Shown here piece after piece: positions 59,000 through 64,000 of a stretch of DNA of 64,000 nucleotides. The stretch covers positions 310,001 through 374,000 of the forward strand of contig NW_027590213.1 of the NCBI RefSeq assembly GCF_964213995.1, given 5' to 3'. Origin of the DNA: Mustelus asterias. Its lineage: Eukaryota. The notes beneath the pieces are model-generated. The model made no database searches. It was not told the origin of the DNA and worked only from the letters and a program-made list of their open reading frames with translations. Position 1 is the stretch's first letter; each line of letters opens with the position of its first letter. The translations under genes and the position numbers were made by a program.

Positions 59000-59600
59000 G
59001 ATGACCCGTGCAGCCATTGGCACAAAACCCGCCACTGATTGGCTGGATGATCAGAGTTCTTCCGGTCCTCCAGCTCTTGCCATTGGTCAATGAAGACAAT
59101 AGGCAGCGAAACCCGAGCCCACGTGGGGCCGGAGACACTTTGACCTCCGAACGCGTGGAGCTGTTGTCCAATCCGCAATGTTGTCTTTTTCCTCCAATGG
59201 GAGACTGAGCGTTGGGAACGTCTACGCTAGAATCAGCCAATAGGAATCAGTCTGCTCTGCCATGACGTCGTGGGGTTCCAGTGCGCAGGCCCAGGCGCGC
59301 GGACACGCCCCCTCCCATTGTTCCACCTCCCATTGTTTCCATTCCCCCTGTGCTTCCTCGAGCCAAGGTTTCCAGGCAACCGGCTCCGGCCAGAGCGAGA
59401 AGCCGCTCGGTGATCTCCCCCTCCCCCCCTCTCTCTCCGGCGGCTGCTGCTTCAAAAAGAGATCGAGAGCGACCGCTGGCGGCAGCCGCACTGCGCCTGC
59501 TCCGGACAGCTCGGCTCAGCAGCGCTCTCTGCGCCTGCTCCGGACAGCTCGGCTCAGCAGCGCTCTCTGCGCCTGCGTGCTGGGCTGCCAGCTGAGGGAG
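59000..59600. promoter_or_regulatory. CpG-rich promoter with multiple CCAAT boxes, CRE and TGCGCA; probable promoter of the ZNF gene at 63305
   Basis: ATTGG/CCAAT at ~59015, 59038, 59082, 59168, 59194 and 59237; TGACGT 59263; TGCGCA 59282. Confidence 0.55.
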
Positions 59601-59686
59601 TGGGGGAGGGGACTTTGCAAAATCTTCCCATCATTTTCTTCCAAGTCCCGCAGTTTGATTTGAAACAGAACAGCTTCTGTTTGTAG

Positions 59687-60077
59687 CTTCACCACAGACT
59701 CAAACTTCACACACAGACTCCAACTTCATACACAGACTCAAACTTCACCACAGACTCAAACTTCACCACAGACTCAAACTTCACCACAGACTCAAACTTC
59801 ACACACAGACTCAAACTTCACACACAGACTCAAACTTCACACACAGACTCAAACTTCACCACAGACTCAAACTTCACCACAGACTCAAACTTCACACACA
59901 GACTCAAACTTCACCACAGACTCAAACTTCACACACAGACTCAAACTTCACCACAGACTCAAACTTCACACACAGACTCAAACTTCACCACAGACTCCAA
60001 CTTCACACACAGACTCAAACTTCACCACAGACTCAAACTTCACACACACACTCAAACTTCACACACAGACTCAAACC
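59687..60077. repeat. 18/19-bp minisatellite CAC(A)CACAGACTCAAACTT
   Basis: Direct tandem copies visible in the sequence. Confidence 0.95.
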
Positions 60078-60257
60078 TCCTCCTCTGGGCAACATCTGTG
60101 AGGAAAACACTTTCTTTCTCCCTCTGGGAAATACAGAGAGTTGTGGGACTCTGGAACTGGAATTAGAGCCAAATATGGTGAGGGGGAAAATGTTTGTGAT
60201 TTTGTGGAACCTGTTTTATTGTCTGAGATATTTAAAGACAAATTTATCCTGTCTATT

Positions 60258-62225
60258 CATAGAACATAGAACATAGAACAATACAGCACAGAACAGGCCC
60301 TTCGGCCCACGATGTTGTGCCGAGCTTTATCTGAAACCAAGATCAAGCTATCCCACTCCCTATCATCCTGGTGTGCTCCATGTGCCTATCCAATAACCGC
60401 TTAAATGTTTCTAAAGTGTCTGACTCCACTATCACTGCAGGCAGTCCATTCCACACCCCAACCACTCTCTGCGTAAAGAACCTACCTCTGATATCCGTCC
60501 TGTATCTCCCACCACGAACCCTATAGTTATGCCCCCTTGTAATAGCTCCATCCACCCGAGGAAATAGTCTTTGAACGTTCACTCTATCTATCCCCTTCAT
60601 CATTTTATACACCTCTATTAAGTCTCCCCTCAGCCTCCTCCGCTCCAGAGAGAACAGCCCTAGCTCCCTCAACCTTTCCTCATATGACCTACCCTCCAAA
60701 CCAGGCAGCAACCTGGTAAATCTCCTCTGCACTCCTTCCAGCGCTTCCACATCCTTCCTATAGTGAGGTGACCAGAACTGCACACAATATTCCAAATGTG
60801 GTCTCACCAAGGTCCTGTACAGTTGCAGCATAACCCCACGGCTCTTAAACTCCAACCCCCTGTTAATAAAAGCTAACACACTATAGGCCTTCTTCACAGC
60901 TCTATCCACTTGACTGGCAACCTTTAGAGATCTGTGGATATGGACCCCACGATCTCTCTGTTCCTCCACAGTCTTCAGAACCCTACCTTTGACCCTGTAA
61001 TCCACATTTAAATTAGTCCTACCAAAATGAATCACCTCACATTTATCAGGGTTAACTCCATTTGCCATTTTTCAGCCCAGCTTTGCATCCTATCTATGTC
61101 TCTTTGCAGCCTACAACAGCCCTCCACCTCATCCACTACTCCACCAATCTTGGTGTCATCAGCAAATTTACTGATCCACCCTTCAGCCCGCTCCTCTAAG
61201 TCATTAATAAAAATCACAAAGAGCAGAGGACCAAGCACTGATCCCTGCGGCACACCGCTAGCAACCTGCCTCCAATCCGAAAATTTTCCATCGACCACCA
61301 CCCTCTGTCTTCGGTCAGACAGCCAGTTACCTATCCAATCGGCCAACTTTCCCTCTATCCCACACCTCCTCACTTTCATCATAAGCCGACCATGGGGGAC
61401 CTTATCAAACGCCTTACTAAAATCCATGTATATGACATCAACTGCCCTACCTTCATCAACACACTTAGTTACCTCCTCAAAAAATTCTATCAAATTTGTG
61501 AGGCACGACTTGCCCTTCACGAATCCGTGCTGACTATCTCGGATTAATCCGCATCTTTCTAAATGGTCGTAAATCCCATCCCTAAGGACCCTTTCCATCA
61601 ATTTACCAACCACCGAAGTAAGACTAACCGGTCTATAATTACCAGGGTCATTTCTATTCCCTTTCTTAAACAGAGGAACAACATTCGCCATTCTCCAGTC
61701 CTCTGGCACCATCCCCGTGGACAGCGAGGACCCAAAGATCAACGCCAAAGGCTCTGCAATCTCATCCCTTGCCTCCCAAAGAATCCTAGGATACATTTCA
61801 TCAGGCCCAGGGGACTTATCGACCTTCAGTTTATTCAAAACTGCCAAGACATCCTCCCTCCGAACATCTATTTCCTCCAGCCTATTAGCCTGTAACACCT
61901 TCTCTTCCTCAAAAACATGGCCCCTCTCCTTGGTGAACACTGAAGAAAAGTATTCATTCATCACCTCGCCTATCTCTACTGACTCCATACACAAGTTCCC
62001 ACTACTGTCCTTGACCGGCCCTAACCTCACCCTGGTCATTCTTTTATTCCTCACATAAGAGTAAAAAGCCTTGGGGTTTTCCTTGATCCGACCCGCCAAG
62101 GACTTCTCATGTCCCCTCCTAGCTCTCCTAAGCCCCTTTTTCAGCTCATTCCTTGCTAACTTGTAACCCTCAATCGAGCCATCTGAACCTTGTTTCCTCA
62201 TCCCTACATAAGCTTCCCTCTTCCT
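60258..62225 (-). mobile_element. Young 5'-truncated CR1 LINE with one frameshift
   Basis: ORFs 61032-62399 and 60343-61068; (CATAGAA)n tail at 60258-60278. Confidence 0.93.
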
Positions 62226-62409
62226 TTCAAATACTGTTTGTCTGTTAATGCATGATTCATTGATGTTGATTTTAATTTGATTATTGCAAGATTTATTAGA
62301 AGGTGAAATCTTTCTCTTTGCTTTATTGCACTGGGTTTGTCTGGGAATGTTAATTTTAAGGTTATTGTACTCATAAGGATCATAACAACATTGATACATC
62401 TGGAGTTAT

Positions 62410-62852
62410 TATAAGAACATAAGAACTAGGAGCAGGAGTGGGCCATCTGGCCCCTCGAGCCTGCTCCGCCATTCAATAAGATCGTGGCTGATTTTTTTGT
62501 GGGCTCAGCTCCACTTACCCGCCCGCTCCCCATAACCCTTAATTCCTTTACTGTTCAAAAATGTATCTATCCTTGCCTTAAAAACATTCAATGAGGTAGC
62601 CTCAACTGCTTCACTGGGCAGGGAATTACACAGATTCACAACCTTTGTGTGAAGAAGTTCCTCCTCAACTCAGTTGAGTTATAGAAGATCAGCCCTCATT
62701 CTTCGAAACTTTGAGAGAATAGAGGCCCAGTCTCCTCCGAGGAAACTTCCACCCTTCCAGGGATTTGTCGAATGAACCCTTGCTCCACTCCCTCTATTGC
62801 AAGTGTATCCTTCCTTTAGTAAGGAGACAAAAGCTCCACACAATACTCCAGG
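62410..62852 (-). mobile_element. CR1 3' fragments
   Basis: (CATAAGAA) tail and GAAGAAGTTCCTCCTCA 3'-end motif. Confidence 0.65.
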
Positions 62853-63304
62853 TAATGCAGGGAGAGTGTGGGACAGTTATTTACAGCTTTCGGGGAACAA
62901 GATAGAAATTAACAACTGCCAATTGTAGATTCTATCCTTAACTGACAGTGATGAAATTTATAACCTCTTTTACAGGATCTTCAAAGGGGGAGGATTTGCA
63001 GACACAAAATTCAAATCAAACATCAAGTGAAGAATTGACAGAGTCACTCGATTATCAGGATCTGAATATCATTAGCCTTTGAATCTTGAAGGAGAAATGT
63101 CTTTCTGTTCTGTTTGCTTCAGAAAGTTTTAAACATCAGTGTGACTGGAAAAGCAGCAAGACACAAACATCTGGGTGAGAGTGTTCCAGTGACAGTTACA
63201 TAGTTTGAAAGACCATCACCATTTACACCAGGAAGAGATTGTACAGACGCTTTGTGTGGCCACCTCGGCTGAACAACAAACCTGGAGACAGGGACACCCG
63301 CACC

Positions 63305-63895
63305 ATGGAGAAACCGTGGAAATGTGGGGATTGTGGGAAGGGATTCAAATCCCCGTCTCAGCTGGAAATTCATCGACGCAGTCACACTGGGGAGAGGCCG
63401 TTCACCTGCTCTGAGTGTGAGATGGGATTCAGTCGGTTATCTCACTTGCAGGCACACCAGCGAGTTCACACCGGGGAGAGGCCGTTCACCTGCTCTGATT
63501 GTGGAAAGGGATTCTCTCACTCCTCCAACCTGCGGATACACCAACGCGTTCACACTGGGGAGAGACCGTTCACCTGTACTCAGTGTGGGAAGGCATTCAT
63601 TGACTCATCAAGCCTGCGGATACACCAACGAGTTCACACCAAAGAGAGACCGTTTACCTGCTCCGAGTGTGGAAAGGGATTCAGTCGGTCATCCTTCCTG
63701 AAGGCACACCAGCGGATTCACACTGGGGAGTGGCCACCCACCTGCTCTGAGTGTGGGAAAGCATTCATTGATTCATCCAGCCTGCAGATACACCAGCGTC
63801 TTCACACTGCGGAGAGGACATTCACCTGCTCTGAGTGTGGGAAGAGATTCAGTCGGTCAACCTACCTGCGCAACCACCAGCGAGTTCACAAGTGA
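63305..63895 (+). CDS. Tandem C2H2 zinc-finger protein, 7 fingers
   Basis: [10 protein letters not shown].. with HTGERPFTC linkers; acceptor TTTTACAG at ~62975. Confidence 0.82.
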   Translation: MEKPWKCGDCGKGFKSPSQLEIHRRSHTGERPFTCSECEMGFSRLSHLQAHQRVHTGERPFTCSDCGKGFSHSSNLRIHQRVHTGERPFTCTQCGKAFIDSSSLRIHQRVHTKERPFTCSECGKGFSRSSFLKAHQRIHTGEWPPTCSECGKAFIDSSSLQIHQRLHTAERTFTCSECGKRFSRSTYLRNHQRVHK

Positions 63896-64000
63896 TGACA
63901 CGGGTTGGATTCTGCTGTTATTGCTGCTGTTAATCACACCCAGGACTGAACCATGTTCATTCTGACAGTTGGTGAAGTGGGAGGATCAGAAGATCCTGGA

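Overview
Vertebrate genomic DNA from a cartilaginous fish (shark), inferred from shark-type CR1 LINEs, HE1-like V-SINEs and NAR-TCR segments. The left half (about 15.4-32.4 kb) is part of a T-cell receptor alpha/delta V region, with every segment on the minus strand. Read 5'->3' it holds: (1) a complete germline NAR-TCR cassette (leader-V with 22-RSS, D with 12/12 RSS, J with 23-RSS); (2) a leaderless 'supporting' V-delta whose 23-RSS is amplified into a 61-bp tandem array of four heptamers and three perfect nonamers; (3) a TCR-type V with two extra cysteines; (4) an IgH-like V pseudogene; (5) an open IgH-like V (TAILV-like). The right half is a tandem C2H2 zinc-finger gene cluster (13, 5 and 7 fingers). 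It carries three copies of a Tx1-clade non-LTR retrotransposon, one essentially full length with an intact ORF2, and all three lie in the zinc-finger promoter/5' region. The rest is CR1/L2/Rex LINE debris, Penelope fragments with minimal hammerhead motifs, solo LTRs, SINEs, minisatellites and two assembly gaps. All calls come from reading the sequence by eye; no database searches were run.
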